Positions 9,954-18,034 of a stretch of 64,000 nt of DNA are shown in pieces. Positions within the stretch are counted from its first letter, which is position 1; each line of letters opens with the position of its first letter. The translations under genes and the position numbers were made by a program. The notes below the pieces were generated by a model, which was given only the letters and a program-made list of their open reading frames with translations, was not told the origin of the DNA and did no database searches. Source of the DNA: an uncultured Pseudomonadota bacterium (GTDB lineage: Bacteria; Vulcanimicrobiota; Vulcanimicrobiia; Eremiobacterales; Eremiobacteraceae); the NCBI GenBank assembly GCA_963736005.1, contig CAVTNB010000001.1:1280001-1344000 (forward strand), read 5' to 3'.

Positions 9954-11048
9954 ATGGTCAACCCCAAGCGAGTTGGCATTGCATGTTTGGCGCTCGTTCT
10001 GCTTCTCACGCATTTTTCGATTGCAGCGGCAGTACAGAACGAACAGTCGTCCACGACTAGCGCTCCAGTACCGAGTGGGCTCGTTGTTGTTATGGCGAAC
10101 AAGCCGCAAAGCCCGCTGGATTTGCGACCCTTTGATAATCCCTACATCAGCGGCGTGGCGTTGCAAATTCATTGGAGTGACATCGAGCCGGTCGAAGGCA
10201 AACCCGATTGGTCGAAGCTGGACGCACTATTCGCCGCCGCACAGACATCAAAGAAATGGGTTCACCTCGTGATCTTTCCTGGGTTTTTCACGCCTTCATG
10301 GGCGTTACAAGGCGTAAAAACAGAACAGTTCGCAATCCAATATGGACCAGGCCATGGCACAGTCCTCCCACTCCCGATGCCCTGGGATGAGCTGTACCTT
10401 AGCCGTTGGTTCGCATTCCTATCTCTGGTGAGCGCCAGGTATGGAAACGCGCCCGCTTTTCGGATGATCGCCGCAGACGGACCGACATCGGTTTCTGAGG
10501 AGGGCACATTACCAAACTCGCGCAGCGATCTGACGAAGTGGCAAGCTCTCGGGTATACGTCTTCCAAATTAACTGGGGCATGGCAGAAGGTCTTGCGAGT
10601 CTATTCCAACGATTTTCCACATCAGTACGTTTCGCTCGCGGCGGGACCCACGAGGCAAGCCATCGTGGACGACGCGATAACCGCCTTGGGACGCCGATTC
10701 GCGCTCCAATCGAACGATGTGCATGCAGGGCCCGGCCCTAATGGCTCCAACTCGGAACAAGAAGATGAATTCGTCTTGGGTTATAATGGGCGCGTCATTA
10801 CCGGTCTTGAAATGCGCGGTGCTGCCGAGGGCGCTAGCAGGGTGATGGGCGCTCAAGGAGACCCTCCTCAAGCGTTAAGAAAATCGATCAATATCGCTAT
10901 GAAACCGAACGCCAACGATCAGCATATCACTTATCTGGAAATTTCCAAACCGGACGTGATTGCACAGGAAATGCAATCGGTGCTACGCGATGCAGCGTCA
11001 TTATTCGGGACCTCGGCCCCCGTCCGCGAACCGTCTACACAGAAGTAG
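9954..11048 (+). CDS. Secreted glycoside hydrolase-like protein (GH-A clan/beta-galactosidase-like N-terminus)
   Basis: GGAGGT RBS and ATG 9954; signal peptide; WSDIEPVEGKPDWSKLD motif. Confidence 0.6.
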   Translation: MVNPKRVGIACLALVLLLTHFSIAAAVQNEQSSTTSAPVPSGLVVVMANKPQSPLDLRPFDNPYISGVALQIHWSDIEPVEGKPDWSKLDALFAAAQTSKKWVHLVIFPGFFTPSWALQGVKTEQFAIQYGPGHGTVLPLPMPWDELYLSRWFAFLSLVSARYGNAPAFRMIAADGPTSVSEEGTLPNSRSDLTKWQALGYTSSKLTGAWQKVLRVYSNDFPHQYVSLAAGPTRQAIVDDAITALGRRFALQSNDVHAGPGPNGSNSEQEDEFVLGYNGRVITGLEMRGAAEGASRVMGAQGDPPQALRKSINIAMKPNANDQHITYLEISKPDVIAQEMQSVLRDAASLFGTSAPVREPSTQK

Positions 11049-11171
11049 CTAAGCTTGTAGTCGAAGGCTCTATGTGTGACCTGCAGCCAGGGGTAGATTC
11101 GCGCTATTGAGATCGCCCGCTAAACGCAGGCCTGATGGGTCAAAGCTTTCTGAAATAAGGCGAAGATTGTA

Positions 11172-11243
11172 AGCCGACGGTCAGAGTTGAACTGACGACC
11201 CGCGGTTTACGAAACCGCTGCTCTACCACTGAGCTACGTCGGC
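11172..11243 (-). tRNA. tRNA-Thr (anticodon CGT), CCA not encoded
   Basis: Reverse complement GCCGACGTAGCTCAGTGGTAGAGCAGCGGTTTCGTAAACCGCGGGTCGTCAGTTCAACTCTGACCGTCGGCT folds as a canonical cloverleaf. Confidence 0.97.
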
Positions 11244-11265
11244 GTATCTTCTGCGAAAGCTTATC

Positions 11266-11614
11266 TCGTAATGATTCGTGTTATTTATCCACGTCTTGAC
11301 ATCATTCGATTCTGAGTCTGTTGTCACGAACGACTCCAAGACAGGCTGGAAAAATTGGTTCTCACAGTTATTACGACGCGCCTGCCAGAGATTGCTGGAG
11401 CACGCCCAGCTGTGTCTTCAGCAGATGGTATCTAGTGCCGTAGACGCGTATGATTGTATCATGCCCGAGGATTGCGGCAGTGTGGTGATCGGCACGCTGA
11501 CTAAGCGACGATCATACCTCAGGTTATTTCCTCGTCGTTTTGACGAGGGCGCTCTTAGGTTGGATCGTCGTCAAAGTTGGTGACGCGAGGGCCACGCCCC
11601 CGTAAATCTGCGGG
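11266..11614 (+). ncRNA. Candidate structured non-coding RNA (unassigned)
   Basis: Three consecutive long stems (11266-11376, 11376-11449, 11464-11614) whose non-Watson-Crick pairs are G-U on the + strand; folded by eye only. Confidence 0.35.
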
Positions 11615-11648
11615 AGGACGTCTTCCGCCGCCCAGAGCGTGCTGTAAA

Positions 11649-12293
11649 TCAGTGCGCCGGAAGCAGTAACCGCGTGAGTCGCGACGCGACTGGGTTCCTG
11701 AGAGACGCGAAGAGCACGACGATGAGAATGGTCACGACCGCGCCCGCCTGATGGTTGGGTATCATCGCGCCCACAACGGCGAGTCCGATGGAAGAGAGGG
11801 TCGTTTCATACGTTAGGCCGACGCCCCAGCGCATCGCCTTGGTGTCGAGTTCATGCCGTCCTTCCCAAATGCCAATAGCGTACATTCCTGCGAGTAACGC
11901 AAAGTTCACCGCCATGAAAGCCAACCAAAGCCGCAGTGGCAGGGCCGAGTGGACTCCCGTGGCCGCGAAATGGACGGTGACTTGCTGAAAGTAAATGCAA
12001 TAGACGAGCGACCCCAACAAGACAAAGTTCATTACGATTGTGGCCGCGTTCGCGCGAAAATACGTAAGGAAGAGCTTGTGATGCCACCACCAAATCAGCG
12101 CGATCAGCACAAACGCAAGCGCAAACACATTGAGATTCGCCCACGAGGAAGCAAGCCCGGCTATATTGTTAGGGATCACTAGGCTAAACCCGAGCTCGGC
12201 CATACAGAAGCCTATGACGATGTCAGAAAACGCTTCAAGGCGATGGGTCGTCCGTTCGTCGCGGTCGGCTATGCCATACCTCCCGTATACCAC
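11649..12293 (-). CDS. TMEM175 family (DUF1211) K+ channel-like membrane protein
   Basis: RLEAFSD motif, WWWHH, about six hydrophobic segments; start codon uncertain. Confidence 0.85.
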   Translation of the reverse strand: MVYGRYGIADRDERTTHRLEAFSDIVIGFCMAELGFSLVIPNNIAGLASSWANLNVFALAFVLIALIWWWHHKLFLTYFRANAATIVMNFVLLGSLVYCIYFQQVTVHFAATGVHSALPLRLWLAFMAVNFALLAGMYAIGIWEGRHELDTKAMRWGVGLTYETTLSSIGLAVVGAMIPNHQAGAVVTILIVVLFASLRNPVASRLTRLLLPAH

Positions 12294-12295
12294 GG

Positions 12296-13639
12296 TTAGA
12301 ATTCTGTGTGTTCTGTGTCCAGATCGGAGAATGACGTGAAGCGCTTGTCAAAGCGCAGTTGCACCAACCCCGTGGGACCATTGCGCTGCTTAGCAATGTT
12401 GATCTCCGCAATGTTCTCGTTTTCCGGCGTGGGCGGATTGTAATATTCGTCGCGATAGATGAACGCGACCACATCAGCTTCTTGCTCGATGCCGCCAGAC
12501 TCGCGCAAGTCAGACAGCATCGGTCGTTTGTCGTTGCGTGACTCAGGTGAGCGGTTCAATTGGGCCAGCGCCATGACGGGGACTTTGAGCTCTTTTGCCA
12601 GCGCTTTGAGATTTCGGCAGATTTCATCGATGATCTCCACGCGATTAGTGATGCGCGCGTTGGTGGAGCGGAGCAACTGCAAATAATCGATGATGATGAG
12701 GTCGAGACCGGTTGTGGCGGCAAGCCGGCGCGAGCGCGAGCGAACTTCGCTGACGGTGAGCGCAGCGGAATCGTCGACAAAAATGGGCACTTCAGCAAGC
12801 ACTCCCATGGCGCGGGTGATCTCGCCCCATTCCTTGTCCTTAATGTTGCCTGTGCGCAGGCTCTGGGCATCGATGTGCGCCTCCATGCTCAAGAAGCGCT
12901 GCACCAGTTGGTCGTTGCTCATTTCCAAAGAAAAGAGCGCCACGTGCTTGGATGCACCTTTGGCGGCGTTCATCGCGATATTCAAGCACAACGACGTCTT
13001 GCCCATCGAGGGGCGCGCCGCAATAATGATCAGTTCGCCTGGTTGGAAGCCGGTGGTGAACTGATCGAGCCGATTGAAGCCCGATGGAACGCCTGTCACC
13101 GTACCCCGCTGGTGATAAAGTGTATCGATGCGTTCGAACGCCGGTTTGAGCAAGTCACGCACGAGCGTGAACCCACCGGACGAGCGCCGGCCGATTTCGA
13201 AAATCATCTGCTCGCAATGGTCGACGGCTTCGTCGACGTTTTCCGGCTGCTCGAAGGCGATATTGGAAATGCGGCCGCCTGCGGTGATCAGCGATCGCAG
13301 CACCGATTTTTCGGCAACAACTTTCGCGTAGTATTCTGCCGAAGCAGCGGTAGGCACGGTGTTGAGCAACTGGCCGATAAAATCTCCACCGCCCACCTCC
13401 TCCAACAACTTGCGCCGCCGCAACTCTTCAGACACCGAAACTTTGTCCACCGGCTCGCCGCGCTCGTAGAGCGAGATGATCGCATCGTAGACGGTGGCGT
13501 GGTGAGGCGCGTAGAAGTCCGATTTTTGGACGATCTCGCTGACGATCGGCACCAAGTCCCGATCCACCATGAGCGAACCCAAGATGGCCTGTTCGGCCTC
13601 GAGGTTTTGTGGAGGGATGCGGTCGATTGCCGCTGTCAT
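12296..13639 (-). CDS. dnaB: Replicative DNA helicase
   Basis: PPQNLEAEQAILG, AARPSMGKT, IDYLQL, DLRESGGIEQEAD, KQRNGPTG; no intein. Confidence 0.98.
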   Translation of the reverse strand: MTAAIDRIPPQNLEAEQAILGSLMVDRDLVPIVSEIVQKSDFYAPHHATVYDAIISLYERGEPVDKVSVSEELRRRKLLEEVGGGDFIGQLLNTVPTAASAEYYAKVVAEKSVLRSLITAGGRISNIAFEQPENVDEAVDHCEQMIFEIGRRSSGGFTLVRDLLKPAFERIDTLYHQRGTVTGVPSGFNRLDQFTTGFQPGELIIIAARPSMGKTSLCLNIAMNAAKGASKHVALFSLEMSNDQLVQRFLSMEAHIDAQSLRTGNIKDKEWGEITRAMGVLAEVPIFVDDSAALTVSEVRSRSRRLAATTGLDLIIIDYLQLLRSTNARITNRVEIIDEICRNLKALAKELKVPVMALAQLNRSPESRNDKRPMLSDLRESGGIEQEADVVAFIYRDEYYNPPTPENENIAEINIAKQRNGPTGLVQLRFDKRFTSFSDLDTEHTEF

Positions 13640-13674
13640 CAACATGACGGGTGAACGCGCCTCCGTTTTTTGCC

Positions 13675-14124
13675 TTATTCCGCGGTCACTCGGACCGTAA
13701 TTTTTGCCGTGACGCCTTGCGCCAGCCGAACCACGCAAAGGTGGTCGCCGGTCGTTTTGATAGGCTCGCTCAGTTCAATCTTGTGGCGATCGATGTCGAC
13801 GCCCAACGTTGTCCGAAGCGCGTCGGCAATCTGCGCGTTGGTCACAGCACCAAAGATCTTCCCCCGCTCGCCTGCCTTCGCTTTGACGATGGCTGGGCTG
13901 CTCGTCAGTCGAGCGGCCAGTTCATGCGCCTCAGCCACGAGCTTTTCATCGCGGCGTACCTCCGCGGCTTTGCGCGCTGAGGCCTGCTGAAGGTTCCCCT
14001 GAGTCGCCTCCTGCGCAAGTCCTCTCGGCAAGAGGTAGTTACGGGCGTACCCATCGGAAACATCGGTGATCATGCCCGCCTTGCCGACGCCTTTGAGATC
14101 GGCGCGCAGGATGACTTTCACCAC
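13675..14124 (-). CDS. rplI: 50S ribosomal protein L9
   Basis: [34 protein letters not shown]. Confidence 0.98.
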   Translation of the reverse strand: MVKVILRADLKGVGKAGMITDVSDGYARNYLLPRGLAQEATQGNLQQASARKAAEVRRDEKLVAEAHELAARLTSSPAIVKAKAGERGKIFGAVTNAQIADALRTTLGVDIDRHKIELSEPIKTTGDHLCVVRLAQGVTAKITVRVTAE

Positions 14125-14385
14125 TTACTCCGCGGTGAATGGGAGCAAGGCAATGACTCGGGCGCGTTTGACCGCCTCGGTGAGCCAACGCTGGTGCTTG
14201 GCGCAGTTGCCCGAGATCCTGCGTGGGACGATTTTGCCCCGCTCGGTGACGTATTTGCGCAGGCGCGGCGTGTCTTTGTAATCAAGCGCGGTCAGTTTCT
14301 CGAAGCACATGCTACAGGATTTGCGCTTTGGCTTGCGATCCTTCGTGACTTTGCGTTTGGGCCGTGTGGTTTTCTTCGGTGACAT
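14125..14385 (-). CDS. rpsR: 30S ribosomal protein S18 (Zn-binding form)
   Basis: [36 protein letters not shown]. Confidence 0.98.
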   Translation of the reverse strand: MSPKKTTRPKRKVTKDRKPKRKSCSMCFEKLTALDYKDTPRLRKYVTERGKIVPRRISGNCAKHQRWLTEAVKRARVIALLPFTAE

Positions 14386-14400
14386 GTGGTTCCTTATCGC

Positions 14401-14841
14401 CTAGAAGGGGACTTCTTCATCGGCCGGGTTATATTCGTACTCCGGAAGATCGGATGGGGCGGCAGCCGCACCGCCGGCATTGCTTGCGCTCCGTGGCGCT
14501 GCGCCCTCCCCTGTGGGTCGCGCATCGAGCATTTGAAAATCATCGGCCACCACGTCGACGGCCGTGCGCTTGTTATTCTCGCGATCGGTGTACTCGCGAA
14601 TTTGCACGCGGCCGGAAATGAGCACGAGTCGCCCCTTGGTCAGGAATTCAGCGGCGCGCTCGGCGCGCTGGCGCCAAATGCTGACGCCAAAGAAATCCGT
14701 TTGCCGCTCCCCGTCGCGGCTCTTGGGCCGATCGACCGCGATGCGAAATGACGTCACGGGAACCCCGCTCTGAGTTTGCCGGAGTTCTGGATCGGCCACG
14801 AGCCGGCCGACGAGCACGATATGGTTATACGAACCAGCCAC
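14401..14841 (-). CDS. ssb: Single-stranded DNA-binding protein
   Basis: NHIVLVGRLVADPELR; acidic tail DEEVPF. Confidence 0.98.
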   Translation of the reverse strand: MAGSYNHIVLVGRLVADPELRQTQSGVPVTSFRIAVDRPKSRDGERQTDFFGVSIWRQRAERAAEFLTKGRLVLISGRVQIREYTDRENNKRTAVDVVADDFQMLDARPTGEGAAPRSASNAGGAAAAPSDLPEYEYNPADEEVPF

Positions 14842-14864
14842 TGTGAACCTCGCTTTACGGATAT

Positions 14865-14917
14865 GGGGCGATTTTCCAATCGCCCCCTACATGGGCGACT
14901 TGACAGTCGCCCGCTAC
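14865..14917 (-). repeat. Two tandem GTAG-type REPs, family B (GTAGGGGGCGATTGGAAAATCGCCCC and GTAGCGGGCGACTGTCAAGTCGCCC)
   Basis: Palindromes preceded by GTAG on the minus strand; related copies at 20377, 26277, 53455. Confidence 0.8.
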
Positions 14918-15195
14918 AATCTTATGAGCAGTGCGCGCAGGATATCATCGTGCAGACGCATTTGGCGGATGACTTCCTTCGCGGCATCCGGGCTGCCGGC
15001 AAATTTCATGCAGATGTAGTGGCCTTCGCGAACCTTTTTGATTTCGAAGGCAAGATGTTTGCGGCCCATCCGTTCGAGTTCGACGTTTTCGCTACCATTG
15101 CTCTTTGCAACGTCGGCGAAATGCGTGGCGAGCTCGTCCACTTGTGGGTCCTCAAAGGACGGCCGAATGATATACGTTATTTCGTACTGTGACAT
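14914..15195 (-). CDS. rpsF: 30S ribosomal protein S6
   Basis: YEITYIIRP, GRKHLAFEIKK..EGHY, DDILR; ATG at 15195. Confidence 0.97.
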   Translation of the reverse strand: MSQYEITYIIRPSFEDPQVDELATHFADVAKSNGSENVELERMGRKHLAFEIKKVREGHYICMKFAGSPDAAKEVIRQMRLHDDILRALLIRL

Positions 15196-15208
15196 GCGCA
15201 GCGCGCTG

Positions 15209-15270
15209 CCTCCCTCTGGGCGTAAGGCTTGTTCACTACCGTGAAGCACGGCGGAACGAGCAGGAAGGAA
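15209..15270 (-). promoter_or_regulatory. S6:S18 ribosomal protein leader (autoregulatory RNA)
   Basis: CTTCCT pairs with the SD-containing AGGGAGG; inner GCT/AGC, GTTC/GAAC, CCGTG/CACGG stems; CCC next to the SD helix, upstream of rpsF. Confidence 0.6.
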
Positions 15271-15300
15271 ATCGGGCATTGATGCCCGGCAAGCCCGGTC

Positions 15301-15330
15301 AGTATATCACACGGAGAATTCGGGTGACAA
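15301..15330 (-). promoter_or_regulatory. sigma70-type promoter of the rpsF operon
   Basis: TTGTCA-18 nt-TATACT with extended -10 TG. Confidence 0.65.
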
Positions 15331-15427
15331 GGCCGCCATTGTGCATAAGTATGTGTGCTGCGTGTGATTGAGTTGTGCATAGCGGTGGGCATGAAGGAAT
15401 GTTCCTAAAGGAGAATATTCACCGTCT

Positions 15428-16009
15428 ATGCGCGCGTGGCGTTCTTCCTGGCTGGTCTTCGCTCTCTTCGGCTTCGCTCTGCTGATCGTGGCGTTTTCCC
15501 ATCGTTACGGGGTCAAGCAATTCGCGCGAACGCTCGTCTTTGGACAGCAAGCTTCGGGCAGGGCACACTTGAGCCTAGGCGATTCCGTTCCACCGATTAC
15601 CTTCGTCGATCTGCTCGGAGCACGCGCCACCGTCCAAGCCGAGCCGCACCACGTGCTCGTGCTCAATGTTTTTGCGACCTGGTGCCCCGATTGCATCAAG
15701 GAAGCACCTGCCCTGTCGAAGCTTAGGGAGGCCTACGCGGGCAAGCCGGTTGACATCGTTGGGATCGACCAGGACGAGAATCCCGCGGCGGTGCTTCAGT
15801 TCGCGCGCACCTATGGCCTCAATTTTCCTATGTTCATCGACCACCAGCATCAAACTGAAGCCGTTCTTGGCGTTCATTACATTCCGGCCACGTTCGTCGT
15901 CGATAACCGCGGACTCGTTTGGGGCGATGTTGCAGGACCGCTGACGCTGCCTCAAATGAAGCAGCTCGTGCAAACAGGGCTTGCTCATCTCTCCCGAAGT
16001 CCGTTGTAG
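15428..16009 (+). CDS. TlpA/ResA-like thiol-disulfide oxidoreductase
   Basis: N-terminal membrane anchor; LNVFATWCPDC; cis-Pro IPATF. Confidence 0.9.
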   Translation: MRAWRSSWLVFALFGFALLIVAFSHRYGVKQFARTLVFGQQASGRAHLSLGDSVPPITFVDLLGARATVQAEPHHVLVLNVFATWCPDCIKEAPALSKLREAYAGKPVDIVGIDQDENPAAVLQFARTYGLNFPMFIDHQHQTEAVLGVHYIPATFVVDNRGLVWGDVAGPLTLPQMKQLVQTGLAHLSRSPL

Positions 16010-16019
16010 TCAGGCGAAT

Positions 16020-17132
16020 TTATTCGCCTGAGCTCGACGCCGTGGACGCTGTGCGGACGTGGTCGTAGACCCGTGGCATACCGGAACCAAGCATCGTCAA
16101 CACGTTGTGTGGAATCGACTGCGCTGCAGCGGCAACCTCGTCGAGCCGTACGCCGGGAATGTCGCCGACGAGCAGAGCCTCCTGGCGCCAGTCAACGTCG
16201 GCATTGGGAGGCACCGCGACCATGGTGAAGTTCATACCGATCGCGCCAACGATTGGACAGCGCGCACCCGCCTGGATCGCAAAGCCTCGGCCCGCCAACG
16301 TCTTTGGAAGGCCTTCGCCGTAGCCGATTCGCAGCGTGGCGATGGTCTGACCCGGGATGGCAACATACGTTCCGCCATATCCCAGAGGCGTCGGCTCGGT
16401 GAACGTGCGCACGGCGTACACGGGTGCGCGCACCTCGCAGGCAGTTTGTAACCCTTCTGGCGCACGGTCGCTGCCTAGCCATGATCCATACAGACCAACG
16501 CCGACTCGCACGGCTCCTTCGTTGCAACCCCACAGCGAAGGACCGGTGCTTGCGGCATGCACTTCGGGAACGGCGAGCCCGGACGCGCGCAGCGCTGCGA
16601 TTGCAGTCCTGAAACGCTCCATTTGCGTGGCCATTGAATCTCGTCCAGCGATGTGCGTCCAAACGCCTTCCCACTCGATATTTTCCAAGCCCGCCACAGC
16701 CCGAGCAAAAGCGGCCGCATCGTCAGACGGAATCCCCCACCAGCCGGTACCCGTTTCAATGGCAACGTGGACGCAAGCTCGCACGCCCAACTTTTTTGCG
16801 AGCTTGGAAAGTTCGCCGGCGCGCTTGGAGTCCCCGACCGAAACTGCAACTCCGTCCTTAAGGGCACTTTCAAAGTCATCGCTTGGCGTCGCGGCGACAT
16901 GGACGATCGGCGCGTCGACGCCAGCCGCGCGCAATTCGCTGGCCTCGAAAATTTCGACCACGCAGAGCCGCTGCGCGCCCGCCTCGAGGGCTGCACGCGC
17001 TACCTGCACCATACCCATTCGATACGCGTCGCATTTGACCACGGCCCAGACGGGGCGGTCGCCCAAGAACGCGCGCCAGGTGCGGACGTTGTGGCGGATC
17101 GCATCGAGCTTGACGTGCAGTGACGGCCTCAA
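16020..17132 (-). CDS. alr: Alanine racemase (divergent)
   Basis: AVVKCDAY (PLP Lys), VRVGVGLYG, LGYGG, IGYGEG, VGAIGMN. Confidence 0.88.
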   Translation of the reverse strand: MRPSLHVKLDAIRHNVRTWRAFLGDRPVWAVVKCDAYRMGMVQVARAALEAGAQRLCVVEIFEASELRAAGVDAPIVHVAATPSDDFESALKDGVAVSVGDSKRAGELSKLAKKLGVRACVHVAIETGTGWWGIPSDDAAAFARAVAGLENIEWEGVWTHIAGRDSMATQMERFRTAIAALRASGLAVPEVHAASTGPSLWGCNEGAVRVGVGLYGSWLGSDRAPEGLQTACEVRAPVYAVRTFTEPTPLGYGGTYVAIPGQTIATLRIGYGEGLPKTLAGRGFAIQAGARCPIVGAIGMNFTMVAVPPNADVDWRQEALLVGDIPGVRLDEVAAAAQSIPHNVLTMLGSGMPRVYDHVRTASTASSSGE

Positions 17133-17578
17133 AACGTTTTCCTCGAATCCAGCAAAATGGTTACCGGACCTTCATTAACCAAACTGACCCTCATGCTCGC
17201 CCCAAAGATTCCCGTTTCCACCCGCAGTCCTTCTCTGCGCATGAGTTCGACCACACGATTGAAGAGGGGCTCCGCCGGCGAGCCTGCGGCTGCATCAACA
17301 AAGCTTGGGCGACGCCCCTTGCGAGCGTCGCCATACAGCGTAAACTGCGAAACGGCAAGCACGGCGCCGCCGACGTCTGCAAGCGAATGATTCATCGCGC
17401 CGGCGTCGTCATTGAAAATCCGCAGACCCGCGATCTTTGAAGCCATGACTTCGGCATCAGCGTCGCTATCATCGCGGGCGACGCCCACGAGCGCCAAAAA
17501 GCCAACCCCGATAGCACCGCTCAGCTTGCCCTCTACTTCGACTGAGGCGCTGCTGACCCGCTGGACGACTGCTCGCAC
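17129..17578 (-). CDS. dtd: D-aminoacyl-tRNA deacylase
   Basis: MRAVVQRV, SQFTLY, GRRPSF, NEGPVT. Confidence 0.98.
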   Translation of the reverse strand: MRAVVQRVSSASVEVEGKLSGAIGVGFLALVGVARDDSDADAEVMASKIAGLRIFNDDAGAMNHSLADVGGAVLAVSQFTLYGDARKGRRPSFVDAAAGSPAEPLFNRVVELMRREGLRVETGIFGASMRVSLVNEGPVTILLDSRKTF

Positions 17579-17583
17579 GATGG

Positions 17584-18018
17584 CTAGTGCAAATGCGGCG
17601 CGACAATGACCGGTATGGGCGCGCGATTAATAACATCGGTTGTGACGCTTCCCAGAATCGCTCGCGCCACCCAACCGCGTCCGCGACTGCCCATAACGAT
17701 GGCGTCGCAATGCCGCTTGTTGGCCTCATCCAGGATCCCGTCGACGGGAGCACCTGTCTGCAATACCTTGCCCACGCTGACCCCCGCGGCGGCCGCTCGT
17801 TGCGCCCCAGCATCCAAGACAGCGTGACCGGTCTTCATTTCATCTTCCATGATTTGTTCGCGCGCAAAGCCGCCACCATCGTGGATGGGGCGCGGTATGG
17901 CCAGAACGTGGCAGAGCGTGACCGACGCACCGCACGCTTTTGAAAGGGCCACAGCCAAGTCGACTGCAGCATTCGAAGGCTCCGAGCCATCAACCGGAAC
18001 GATGATGCTCTTAAACAT
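17584..18018 (-). CDS. Universal stress protein (UspA family)
   Basis: IIVPVDGSE.S..A; IVMGSRGRG...ILGSV. Confidence 0.93.
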   Translation of the reverse strand: MFKSIIVPVDGSEPSNAAVDLAVALSKACGASVTLCHVLAIPRPIHDGGGFAREQIMEDEMKTGHAVLDAGAQRAAAAGVSVGKVLQTGAPVDGILDEANKRHCDAIVMGSRGRGWVARAILGSVTTDVINRAPIPVIVAPHLH

Positions 18019-18034
18019 TATGTGGTGCGTCCTT

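Larger units (their letters stand above)
8493..11201. mobile_element. Relic tRNA-integrated genomic island (~2.7 kb, no integrase)
   Basis: Bounded by direct repeats of the tRNA 3' end; cargo on the strand opposite the flanking backbone; contains a pseudogene. Confidence 0.7.

Noticed and set aside
11278..11583. 101 aa ORF beside the tRNA
   Set aside because: No RBS, atypical composition and no motif; the region is better explained as non-coding, though this is not excluded.
12296..13639. Intein in DnaB
   Set aside because: Length (~447 aa) and continuous motifs leave no room for an insertion.
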